A stretch of 45,590 nt of DNA from Bacteriovoracaceae bacterium (GTDB taxonomy: Bacteria > Bdellovibrionota > UBA2428): positions 1-45,590 of the forward strand of contig CANIGN010000001.1 in assembly GCA_947467125.1 (NCBI GenBank), written 5' to 3'. Each line of letters starts with the position of its first letter. Position 1 is the first letter of the stretch. Under the pieces are notes generated by a model, which had not been told where the DNA came from, made no database searches, and worked only from the letters and a program-made list of their open reading frames with translations. This document shows positions 1 to 8,929 of the stretch, piece after piece. The position numbers and the translations under genes are program-made.

Positions 1-687
1 GATCTTCCTCGCGATGAAGACCTCAAACATACAATTCGCTACGGATTACGTGGAACAGGAATGCTTCCGTGGGATTTATCAGACAAAGATCTCGACTCAG
101 TTGTTCAATACATCAAAACTTTTTCTCCTGTTTGGAAAGAAAAAGTTGCCGGTGAGGCGCTCGGTATTTCAAAAGATCCTTGGGGTGTCGCTCGTGCCTC
201 AGAAGCGATTGCACAAGGTGAAAAAGTTTATCATGGACTCGCTCAATGCTGGGCTTGTCACCCAACTTATCAATCGATGGATAAAATTAGCGAGTACTCA
301 AAAGAACTCACAAACAACGACGTCAAATCCATACGTGCTCGGCCGCACATATCCACATTGCTCGACTCTGATTATGGAACAAAATACATGCCCCCCGACT
401 TCACAAAAAGTTTTATCAAAACAAGTGGCTCAGTCGAAACAACCTATTTACTCCTGAATGCAGGAGCAAGGGGATCTGCAATGATGGGATGGAAGGGAAT
501 GCTTTCTGCTAAGGCAGACCCCGAAGAATCTGAACGCAACCAATGGGCTGTTGCCTATTATGTAAACCATCTTCATAAATTGAAATACAATCTCGAAGCT
601 CGCACAAAATTTATGAACGACCTAAACGAAAGAAGAGCAAAATATGACCGATACGACGACGCAGGCGGCGCAAGCCCCAACAAATAA
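1..687 (+). CDS. c-type cytochrome, 5' truncated by window edge
   Basis: Frame is open from base 1 (DLPRDEDLKHTIRYGLRGTGMLPW...). Heme-binding CWACH; GTGM and GSAM segments typical of cytochrome c Met-ligand regions; adjacent to a SCO gene. Confidence 0.8.
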   Translation, partial: DLPRDEDLKHTIRYGLRGTGMLPWDLSDKDLDSVVQYIKTFSPVWKEKVAGEALGISKDPWGVARASEAIAQGEKVYHGLAQCWACHPTYQSMDKISEYSKELTNNDVKSIRARPHISTLLDSDYGTKYMPPDFTKSFIKTSGSVETTYLLLNAGARGSAMMGWKGMLSAKADPEESERNQWAVAYYVNHLHKLKYNLEARTKFMNDLNERRAKYDRYDDAGGASPNK

Positions 688-1342
688 AAATATTCAAACT
701 GATTACTCGCAACTTTTTGAATCAAAATCCTTTTGGCTTTTTGTCGTAGGAGTTCTCTTTTCACTTCCACTTATCATGAGTTTCATGCGTCCAAAGATTG
801 AGCAAAAACCTATTTTGGGAACGATCCAAGAATTTAAACTTCAAAACCAAGACGGTAGAGACTTTTCAAACAGAGATATCGCAGGATCGGTGCTTCTTGT
901 GAATTTTGTTTTCACATCCTGCCCCAGTACTTGTCCCATGCTCACAAAGACAATGGCTGATGTTCAAGTGCGTTTAAAGGGCACTGGTAAAAGCGTGCAA
1001 CTTCTAACTGTGAGTGTTGACCCTGAGCACGACACTCCCGAGGTTCTTAAAGCCTATGCAAAGAAACATTTTGCAGATTTAAGTACATGGAGTTTCATCA
1101 CCGGATCTAAAGAGGACATTCGTAAGTTAGTTGTGGGTTCTTTTGCTTCGCCTTTGAGCATTGAAAGCTCCGACAAGCCCGATGATATGTCTGCAGGATT
1201 TCAGATTGCTCACGGAGAGCATTTTGTTTTGGTCGATCAGCTAGGGCGAATTCGCTCCTACGAGCACATCAATAGCCCCAAAGACATTAACCGGGTTATG
1301 AGAGACATTGCGATCTTGGTGAACACTCCCCCAAAGAGCTAA
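644..1342 (+). CDS. SCO1/SenC family copper chaperone
   Basis: N-terminal TM anchor, FTSCPSTCP (CxxxC), SVDPEHDTPEVL, conserved His in IAHGEHFVLVD. Confidence 0.93.
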   Translation: MTDTTTQAAQAPTNKNIQTDYSQLFESKSFWLFVVGVLFSLPLIMSFMRPKIEQKPILGTIQEFKLQNQDGRDFSNRDIAGSVLLVNFVFTSCPSTCPMLTKTMADVQVRLKGTGKSVQLLTVSVDPEHDTPEVLKAYAKKHFADLSTWSFITGSKEDIRKLVVGSFASPLSIESSDKPDDMSAGFQIAHGEHFVLVDQLGRIRSYEHINSPKDINRVMRDIAILVNTPPKS

Positions 1343-1349
1343 ATAACTA

Positions 1350-2504
1350 TTATTCAGCTTTCATTTCTTGAACTTCAAAATCGTGATGGTACTTTGTGCC
1401 TCGAGTCTCAATAAAAGAAACGGGTAATTCGAGTGACCTAAAGGCATCCACAAATTGCTTCTTTACCTTTTCTCGATTCATGACTTTTTCATAAACTTCT
1501 AAAACGTTTGAAGTGTAAATCGTTGCTCCATTTGAATTTGCTTTGAGTCGAGGCGCAAAGTTTTCCCAAAATAAACTCTCAACAGAAGCGACGACATAAC
1601 TCGCATTGAGCATGAGAGCTTTCATCTTTTGAAAGTTTTCTGGACTTGAGAGAAAAGTGACGTTCTTTTCGTAAAGAGCTTCCTTTTCATGCTCTGAAAG
1701 TCCAAAGATTCCTTTAGCCTGGGTCGGAAAATAACGATTTTTGAAAAGGGTCAAAACAACCTCATAGGAAGATCCACGACTATTGGGAAACAAATCAGGA
1801 CCATTATTCATATAAGAATCTTGAAAAGCTTTCACGATCTCGAGAACCTTTTCTTTTTCTGGATCTGTCGATTTTTCTTTGATTCTTCGAAGAAGCTCTT
1901 CACTCAATTCTTGGCGCTGAACTTTGGGGTCAATTACTTCTCCCTCGAACCACGCAAAGTCTTCCCATGTATCAAAATCCTCAATGAGTTTGAGTGAATT
2001 TTTTTCGTAATGTTTTTGAGAAGCTTTTAAGAATAAATACTTGTAAAAATCCGCAGGACTTTCAGAAACTTCGAACAAAGCTCTGAAAAAATATCTCTGC
2101 AAAATAAGTGGTTCATAGTTAATATCAAAAAGAACAAGTTTTTTTGCATCAGAACGCAAAGCCAAATCCCACGAAGCATTGTTTCCAATGCCAAAGAAAA
2201 CATCTCTTTGAGGAAGCTTTTGGGGGAGTTTAAAAATATCAAACTCATTACTCACCATATGACCACCCCTCACCAATCCCAAAGGACGAGGAGCTTGCGA
2301 ATCATAGACTAAGGATTTTGATTTTCTAAAACTTTGAACGAGAGGCGACTCCGTAACAATGATTTTTCGATCTTCAAGACTGTTGGAATCATCATGAGCC
2401 CTGAGAATCTTTGAGCAATCTTGGAGTACTGAATCCCCAGCTAATACCGCTGGAAGAGATAAAAAGTTTAGAAGGAGCAAAAAAATCAGTTTAAATATAT
2501 TCAT
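1350..2504 (-). CDS. Secreted hypothetical protein, possible class I SAM-methyltransferase-like fold (LIC_10091-like)
   Basis: 384-aa ORF with Sec signal ending AVLA. Motifs VSNE, FFGIG, LFDIN, ALFEVSESPADF and IYTSNV. Family assignment is tentative. Confidence 0.55.
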   Translation of the reverse strand: MNIFKLIFLLLLNFLSLPAVLAGDSVLQDCSKILRAHDDSNSLEDRKIIVTESPLVQSFRKSKSLVYDSQAPRPLGLVRGGHMVSNEFDIFKLPQKLPQRDVFFGIGNNASWDLALRSDAKKLVLFDINYEPLILQRYFFRALFEVSESPADFYKYLFLKASQKHYEKNSLKLIEDFDTWEDFAWFEGEVIDPKVQRQELSEELLRRIKEKSTDPEKEKVLEIVKAFQDSYMNNGPDLFPNSRGSSYEVVLTLFKNRYFPTQAKGIFGLSEHEKEALYEKNVTFLSSPENFQKMKALMLNASYVVASVESLFWENFAPRLKANSNGATIYTSNVLEVYEKVMNREKVKKQFVDAFRSLELPVSFIETRGTKYHHDFEVQEMKAE

Positions 2505-2528
2505 GAAGGGGGAAACTCGTTTTGACGC

Positions 2529-2537
2529 ATTATATCA
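2529..2537 (-). promoter_or_regulatory. Extended -10 element (TGaTATAAT) upstream of the 1350-2504 gene
   Basis: Perfect TATAAT with a TG extension, 24 nt upstream of the ATG at 2504. Confidence 0.5.
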
Positions 2538-2559
2538 AAAACAACGCTTCAAGAGTAGC

Positions 2560-5500
2560 TCAAAATGGGTTCACAAAGCGCAATAAAGAGCGACAACTGT
2601 CTTTTGCCTTGTTTAATAGGGCTTTTACGCGCTCTTTTTGCTTTATTTTCATCAAAGGAGCCACAAACTGGATACGATTGTACTCCAGTGCCCTCGAAAC
2701 AGCTTTCTTGCCCTTTGGTTGAAAGAGGTAATCTTCCACAAACATATTTTTGAAATTTAAATCTTTTTCAAAAACTTCATTTTTTACGATCAAAAAATGC
2801 AAAAACATGTCGTTCAACTCCATCAACTTCAAAAGAGCATTTGGAAATTTATAAAAAACTTTTCTAAAAGAAGCAGCGGTCTCTGTACGACCATTCACAA
2901 CTTTTACAAGATAAGAAAAATCCTTTTTTTGAGAAGAAATACATTTATCTAAAGCTAGACCTAATGCTTCTTTTACCTGTGGAAATCGTGCAAGAGCTGT
3001 ATCTTGATTTTTGGCAATCGAAAAAAGAGTGCCAAGATCACCACTCTGATCTGCAACCTCTATCAATCTTAAGAGCGCATTCGGATACTCGTTAAAAATC
3101 TTCGCAACGTCTTTTAAGTTGAGTATCGTCCAAACTTCTCGATCTTTTAAATCCTTCGCTTCATCAACAAGCCTCATCAATTCAATTTCAAAAAATGCTT
3201 TTGAAGAAGGATGAGCCTCAAGAGCCAACTGAGGAAATTGAGCCATATTATCGATGCGATCCTCAATACGACGACGATCACGCGAAATTTTTAAAATTTC
3301 TGTCTCTAAAAATTTAGGATTGATGTTTCTTTCGTAAAAAGCCACATCGAGATCAATTAATTTCTTAAAAGTTTGCATGTGCCCTGATTTTAGATCAAGA
3401 ACATCCTCGCCTTTTTCAAGGTATCCTTGGAAAAACCCCTCCAACATAGATCGCCATTCAGGATCTTTATTGAGATGTTTTTTTTGGGCCTGAATAAAAT
3501 CCCAACCCAAATGTGGAGCGCGCTCTTCTTCGAGAGCCCCCTTCACATCATTTCTCATCAGAAGCAGAGACTCCACCAAATGATCTTGAGAAAAAGCATC
3601 AGCAGCATTCATTCTTCCGATCAAAAAGAGTGGCCCGCTTCTTTGAAAAGAAAATGGATCAAAATCAGGCCCATAAATTTCAGAAGCGTATTTCAAGAAC
3701 GTTTTTGAAAATTGCTCAACAGAACTCGCCTCTGAATTCCTGAAATTAAAAGACAAAACTCTGTAGTGGCCAAGTGATTTAAGACGAACTCCGCTATTTC
3801 GAGCTATTTTCCAAACGGAATCCTTGTCACCGATCAGCTCATTCTTAATGAGGCGTAAAACGAGCTGCTCTTCGAGCTCTGCTTTTGACTTCTTTTTTTG
3901 ATCATAAGACGGGATAAGACGAAGCACTTTTGTTCCATCTTTTTTCATCCCATCATAAATCATCCCACCGCCGTACATCCCACTGCTATACAAACCCACA
4001 ATTTTCTCGGACATAGGATCGACAGGAGAAAAATCAACAGGCTTACCCACCACAACGTTCTCTACATACGCAGGAGCTTCTTGAACGACTTGTCCAGCCC
4101 CCACATTCATACTCACTGAATTTCCATCCGAAATAACCAAGTAATCATGAGGATGTCGCCTGTATTCTTCTTCGATAAACTCATCAAAAAAAGATTTTTT
4201 ACCAACGACTCCTTCTTTATCTTTCAGAATAATATCGCCTTTAATAGCGTGGCTCATGATATCCACCACACTCGAAATTTCTCCTGTTTTTTCATTTTTA
4301 ATGGGAGTAAGTCCCACATAGCCTTCCATTTTTCCATCGCCATTTTCGACGAAAATTGTTCGAGCTCCTTCAAGCGCATGCACTGCCCATCTCCTGGGAG
4401 TCAGTGAGCCACTTGTAGCACCTCCTACGCATTCACCTTTTTTGCGACCTGCGAAAAAGGCATGGAAAGCTCTGGGGCTTGGCTTAAAAAACAATTCCGT
4501 TCCTGCTTGATTCTTTAAGCGTAAAGTTGCTCGAGTCGCATCTTCATGAAGTTCATAAAAAAAGTATCGATTGGATTGTTCAAAGTGATTTCGAAAGTCC
4601 TTTTTTCCCTCTCTTACTTTTTCACTTTGTAAAACCCACGCGTCCAACTCTTCTTTATGAGTATCGTCGAGATGGTTACGTATTGCTGACATCTCAATTC
4701 CTGCAGCATGAAGATCTTGTATCTTGGTTACAAGACCAGGACTCATTCTTGGATCTGCTATTTTTTGAAATTCTTTCATGTTTTCAATCCCAGACTGATA
4801 AGACTTTACAAAGTCACGAAGAGTTTCGGAGTCAAAACTGAGATACTCCAACATCCGAGAAGGGATTTTAAATTTTTCGGCAATTCCAATTTTTTGAAAG
4901 TTTTTAAAATTTCCAAACTTTTCTAATTCAGTCGCAATAATATCCGCATCACCTGAGAAAAGTTTATCGCTCACTCTCTCATCATTCATTAAGTCATACG
5001 CAAGATCCCCAGACATAAAAGCCAATCTCTTACGCATATGATCTTCATTCTTTTTTAAAAGCAAAAGAGCTGTCCTGTTCATACCCATCTTTTGCTTGTA
5101 TTCAGCCTTTGCGGATCTTGAAAGAGAAGCAAACTGCTCGGGCCTCAAGAAGCCTGCCACATCACGAATTCGCTCTTGCTCGATTTCAAAATTTTCAAAT
5201 TCAGCAACAAATTTTTTGATCTCAATGTTTCTTTGTTCATCACTGAGTCCCAAAAGATATCCACTTCCTCGGGCAGCTTGAATTTTAATTCGATCAATCG
5301 CACCTAAACTTGCATCTCTTTTAATTTCTAGGCCAGTCCCCGAATGCTCCCCTTTGATGGAATAAATTTCTTTTTGCCAATCTGGATTTTTTTTCCAAGC
5401 CACTTCAGCAAATTCAGGAATTTTTTCTGCAAGATCTTTTATCTGCTCAAAAAATCTATCAAAGACGGGATCAAAAACAATTTCTTCTTTTAAATAAAGC

Positions 5501-5682
5501 TTTAAGACTATTCGATATTCTTCAATGGCCGACGGATCGCTAAGAAAATCATTTAAGGTTTCATAGCGAGCTGTAACAGCTTCAAGCTTTTCTAAAGATT
5601 GCGCATTCAGAAACGACAAAAAACCTAACGATAAAAGAAAAGAAATTCGGCGAATATAATGAAGCATTTTGGTTTTTGACAT
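2560..5682 (-). CDS. Large secreted hypothetical protein (~1040 aa)
   Basis: Long uninterrupted ORF with signal-peptide-like N-terminus (RRISFLLSLGFLSFLNA). ATG at 5682 or 5667 is preferred over TTG at 5700. C-terminal SCRSLL motif. Confidence 0.8.
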   Translation of the reverse strand: MSKTKMLHYIRRISFLLSLGFLSFLNAQSLEKLEAVTARYETLNDFLSDPSAIEEYRIVLKLYLKEEIVFDPVFDRFFEQIKDLAEKIPEFAEVAWKKNPDWQKEIYSIKGEHSGTGLEIKRDASLGAIDRIKIQAARGSGYLLGLSDEQRNIEIKKFVAEFENFEIEQERIRDVAGFLRPEQFASLSRSAKAEYKQKMGMNRTALLLLKKNEDHMRKRLAFMSGDLAYDLMNDERVSDKLFSGDADIIATELEKFGNFKNFQKIGIAEKFKIPSRMLEYLSFDSETLRDFVKSYQSGIENMKEFQKIADPRMSPGLVTKIQDLHAAGIEMSAIRNHLDDTHKEELDAWVLQSEKVREGKKDFRNHFEQSNRYFFYELHEDATRATLRLKNQAGTELFFKPSPRAFHAFFAGRKKGECVGGATSGSLTPRRWAVHALEGARTIFVENGDGKMEGYVGLTPIKNEKTGEISSVVDIMSHAIKGDIILKDKEGVVGKKSFFDEFIEEEYRRHPHDYLVISDGNSVSMNVGAGQVVQEAPAYVENVVVGKPVDFSPVDPMSEKIVGLYSSGMYGGGMIYDGMKKDGTKVLRLIPSYDQKKKSKAELEEQLVLRLIKNELIGDKDSVWKIARNSGVRLKSLGHYRVLSFNFRNSEASSVEQFSKTFLKYASEIYGPDFDPFSFQRSGPLFLIGRMNAADAFSQDHLVESLLLMRNDVKGALEEERAPHLGWDFIQAQKKHLNKDPEWRSMLEGFFQGYLEKGEDVLDLKSGHMQTFKKLIDLDVAFYERNINPKFLETEILKISRDRRRIEDRIDNMAQFPQLALEAHPSSKAFFEIELMRLVDEAKDLKDREVWTILNLKDVAKIFNEYPNALLRLIEVADQSGDLGTLFSIAKNQDTALARFPQVKEALGLALDKCISSQKKDFSYLVKVVNGRTETAASFRKVFYKFPNALLKLMELNDMFLHFLIVKNEVFEKDLNFKNMFVEDYLFQPKGKKAVSRALEYNRIQFVAPLMKIKQKERVKALLNKAKDSCRSLLRFVNPF

Positions 5683-5756
5683 TTTTAAAGCAAAGATCAA
5701 ACGTCAGCTCTTTGACTTTTATATACCAAACAAAAACTCCGACAAAGCATATAGTT

Positions 5757-6833
5757 GTGAGCCTCAATCCCAAAAAGACTTTTTTCATAAGCTTCTGGAT
5801 ATTGTCCATTTCCTTTTCAAGCGAAGATACTCATCCCGAAAAATGTAAGAAAATCATAACCCTTAGCTCTCATACTGAACAAAAAGTAGACAGTGCCGAC
5901 CTCGTTCATGACAAAATTATAAAGTGGATTTCTGAGCATAAAAAAATTCCTGCAGGTTTTAAAGACTGGTCTAACTTAGGTATCAACTATGGGAAATTCA
6001 CAGGATCTGGTGACTATGCCCAAGGCGGAGAAAGTCATCGATCACGCTTCCATAATAGCCCCGAGGAGGCTTTCACGAAGCTCCTCGAAAAGATCGAAAG
6101 TGGCAACAGACTTGTCTCTCTCTCAGAAAAAGAAAAAGCAGACATCCTTCTTGATCTCAAAATACGAGCTGGCGACGAAAGTGCTTATGCTGAAAAAATA
6201 AATCTCCTTAGAGAAGAGGCTTATGAAGAAGTGATTCAACACATCCTTCTTCATAAAAAAATCCCTACAAGCATTGAAATGACAAACTTCGGTGTGAATT
6301 ACGGAAAATTCGCAGGAATTGGAGACTACTTTTCAGGAGGAGAAAGCTATCGATCACGCTTACACAATAGCCCCGAAGAGGCTTTTTCGAAGCTTCTCGA
6401 AAAGATTGAAAGCGGCAACAGACTTGTCTCTCTCTCAGAAAAAGAAAAAACAGAGATTATTCTTGAACTTAAAATAAGGTCAGGTCAGCCAAATGCTTAT
6501 ACAGAAAAAATTGACCGTTTAAGGCAAGCGGCTTATCAAAAAACTCTTGAACGAATCATTGAATACAAAAAAGTCCCCGCTGGATTTCAGGAGTGGAATA
6601 GCATTGGTGTGAACTACGGCAAGTTTGTGGGTGGAAGCGACTACGCTGCAGGCGGAGAAAGCCACGGATCTCGCTTGCACGACGGCCCCCCCGAGGCTTT
6701 TCAGGGCCTCTATTACTTTGCCGAAAACTCCCCCCTCCTAGAGAATAAAACCGAGCTCAAGACCGAAATTCTTAAAATAATCGCCGACAGATACCAAGCG
6801 GCCCTCAAAAGGGATAAAAGACGTCGCCAATAG
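5757..6833 (+). CDS. Secreted hypothetical protein with three ~104-aa repeats
   Basis: GTG at 5757 gives a signal-like N-terminus and avoids overlap with the divergent gene. Three copies of KK[IV]P...G[IV]NYGKFxGxxDYxxGGESxxSRxHxxPxEAF. Confidence 0.8.
   Translation: MSLNPKKTFFISFWILSISFSSEDTHPEKCKKIITLSSHTEQKVDSADLVHDKIIKWISEHKKIPAGFKDWSNLGINYGKFTGSGDYAQGGESHRSRFHNSPEEAFTKLLEKIESGNRLVSLSEKEKADILLDLKIRAGDESAYAEKINLLREEAYEEVIQHILLHKKIPTSIEMTNFGVNYGKFAGIGDYFSGGESYRSRLHNSPEEAFSKLLEKIESGNRLVSLSEKEKTEIILELKIRSGQPNAYTEKIDRLRQAAYQKTLERIIEYKKVPAGFQEWNSIGVNYGKFVGGSDYAAGGESHGSRLHDGPPEAFQGLYYFAENSPLLENKTELKTEILKIIADRYQAALKRDKRRRQ
5935..6710 (+). repeat. Intragenic tandem repeat, 3 units, period 312-315 nt
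   Basis: The GGAGAAAG anchor recurs at 6027, 6339 and 6654. Units 1 and 2 share the exact block GGCAACAGACTTGTCTCTCTCTCAGAAAAAGAAAAA. Confidence 0.9.
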
Positions 6834-6891
6834 AGGTTTTTGAAGACGATAAGCTTATACAAAGCACCTGCGTCATGATATTACCTAGGCC

Positions 6892-8502
6892 GTGAGTTTG
6901 AATTCCCTCCTCAAATCAGTCCTTCCCGAATTACCCGCTGTGAGCATCGAACGAGAAATCGAAACCCTGCAGATGCTCCCTGCTGAAACCCTCTTCTTAT
7001 CCCTCAAAGAAGCCGATTCTGAGACCGCTCTTTGGGTTATGGAAAATGCTCGCGCGAGCCAAGTTCAAGGTGTACTTGATCTGGATTGCTGGCAAGGCGA
7101 TGCGTTTTTACCAGAAAGATTTTTTCGCTATTTTGAATTCATCACCTACACCACTCCCGAGCGACTTCTGGAATACATGAAGGATCTCGATCCCGAAATT
7201 ATTGTTTTATCCTTGATGGATGCAATCGAAGTCCTCGACTTTGATCCTCAGAATCCGCCTGAAGTGTCTGAATCACAATTACTGATTTCGCCCGGAAGCC
7301 AATATGCTTTGATCTTTAAAAAAGAAGATCCTGAACTTAAAGAACGAATTTTTCAGTGGCTAAACAAACTCTCCGCAATGGATTTCGACCTCATGAGAAG
7401 ACATCTTGAAAGTCTGAAGTGGGAACAAAAAAACGACCTCGAAGAATTCGCTTATCAAATTAAAAAAGGAAGAGTGGAAGAATTAGGCTTCGTCGAAAGA
7501 GAAGAAGCTCTCAAATTCTTTTCACAAATTCGCGCTCCTGAGCTCAAAACAAAAATGTTAAATGAGCCTCTCAAAAAACACGTTAAAGAAGAAACTCCTC
7601 TTGTCGAAATTTTGGGAAGCGAAGATTTCTTGCCCCAACCTATTTCAAAAGCCGTCAAAGACGACGGGTTTTTTCGTAAGGCTCTTGAGAAAATCGAAAA
7701 CACTCAACTCAAAGACATCTTACGAATGGAATTTGTTCGAACGATTAACGGAGTCTTTTCAGCGGAAGATATTCTCTCTCAAGACCTAAGCTTCTTGCGT
7801 GAATCTGCAAGCCGCACTCGCTCTTATCTTGACCTTGGCCTTCTTTATTTATCTGTTGGCAATATCGATCAAGCAGCCGAACATCTTTGTACTCAGCCTG
7901 TTTTCGAAATTGCTCGTTTGGGATGGTGCCTCTTGCAAGATCTCACACGCGCAAGCAAAGAAATTCGCTCAGAATACAACACGGCTATTTTTGAAAATGT
8001 AGATCGTCAACTTTTACAAGATTTAGAAGGACGTCACCCTGAGATTAAACATCCCGACGTGATCCGCGATCTAGAATTAAAAAATCCATCACTTATCTCG
8101 ATTGAAAACATTCACCGAATAGCTGACCATGTCGGCGCATTGAGTGTGTGTGCTCATTTCTTGAGAGAAACCCTCAGCGCTTCACTCAAACTAAACGACG
8201 AAGCTATGGAATCCAATGAATCGGCATGGACACGTCTTGCAACGGGAATCTTTAGACAAAGTTGCTCTCGTGAATTTAGCGTTGCTCTCCTCAGCAAAAA
8301 CGAATGGAATGAAACGAAAACTTCTTGGAACAAAGAAAGCTTTGATAAAATCTCAAATCTTATTTCTGAAAAAGTTCCTTCTGTTGGGAAGACTCTTTTC
8401 GTAAAACGTCTCCTCGAGAAGAAAAAAGAAATCCAAAAACTTATTGAAAGCGATACAATTCCCAATCCTCAATTTAGCCGTGCTCTGAGATGGGAAGTGT
8501 AG
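6892..8502 (+). CDS. DUF6178-like conserved hypothetical protein
   Basis: 536 aa. QVQGVLDLDCW, DLDPE, GRVEELGF and YLDLGL match the deltaproteobacterial DUF6178 pattern as recalled. Confidence 0.7.
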   Translation: MSLNSLLKSVLPELPAVSIEREIETLQMLPAETLFLSLKEADSETALWVMENARASQVQGVLDLDCWQGDAFLPERFFRYFEFITYTTPERLLEYMKDLDPEIIVLSLMDAIEVLDFDPQNPPEVSESQLLISPGSQYALIFKKEDPELKERIFQWLNKLSAMDFDLMRRHLESLKWEQKNDLEEFAYQIKKGRVEELGFVEREEALKFFSQIRAPELKTKMLNEPLKKHVKEETPLVEILGSEDFLPQPISKAVKDDGFFRKALEKIENTQLKDILRMEFVRTINGVFSAEDILSQDLSFLRESASRTRSYLDLGLLYLSVGNIDQAAEHLCTQPVFEIARLGWCLLQDLTRASKEIRSEYNTAIFENVDRQLLQDLEGRHPEIKHPDVIRDLELKNPSLISIENIHRIADHVGALSVCAHFLRETLSASLKLNDEAMESNESAWTRLATGIFRQSCSREFSVALLSKNEWNETKTSWNKESFDKISNLISEKVPSVGKTLFVKRLLEKKKEIQKLIESDTIPNPQFSRALRWEV

Positions 8503-8876
8503 TGAAAAAAGCCTATCGAGTCTTATCGGGTATTTGGTTAGGGACGATTGTATTCTTTTCCCTCATTATTGCTCCTCAGATTTTTAAAGTCCTTCCACGT
8601 TTTGAAGCTGCAAAACTTCAAAACCATCTCTTTCCCTTTTATTATTCTGTAGGAATTATTTGCGGACTTGGAATGCTTCTTTACGCTTTTTTCAAAGATC
8701 AAAAGAAAATCATTTGGATCGGAGTGGCGTTAGCACTGGCTCTTATGGGCCTCACAACACTCACTCCGCTTATAAAAGATGCTTTCCTCTCGCAGAGCGC
8801 TTCTATCAAATGGCTTCACCCGACAGCGGTTGGACTCAACCTCGCCATGCTCTTTTGTGTTTTCAAGAGTATTTGA
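8502..8876 (+). CDS. DUF4149/TMEM205-like membrane protein
   Basis: WLGTIVFFSLIIAPQIFKVLPR...LQNHLFPFYY and a C-terminal LH...LN; four TM helices; GTG overlaps the upstream TAG. Confidence 0.8.
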   Translation: MKKAYRVLSGIWLGTIVFFSLIIAPQIFKVLPRFEAAKLQNHLFPFYYSVGIICGLGMLLYAFFKDQKKIIWIGVALALALMGLTTLTPLIKDAFLSQSASIKWLHPTAVGLNLAMLFCVFKSI

Positions 8877-8929
8877 TCTTCCAATTTTCAAACTTAAGAT
8901 TAAGCTAATATCATTAGGGGTGGAAATTA

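Noticed and set aside
5935..6710. CRISPR array or other non-coding repeat array
   Set aside because: The repeats are in-frame coding duplications with a ~312-nt period; no repeat-spacer structure or cas genes were seen in the window.
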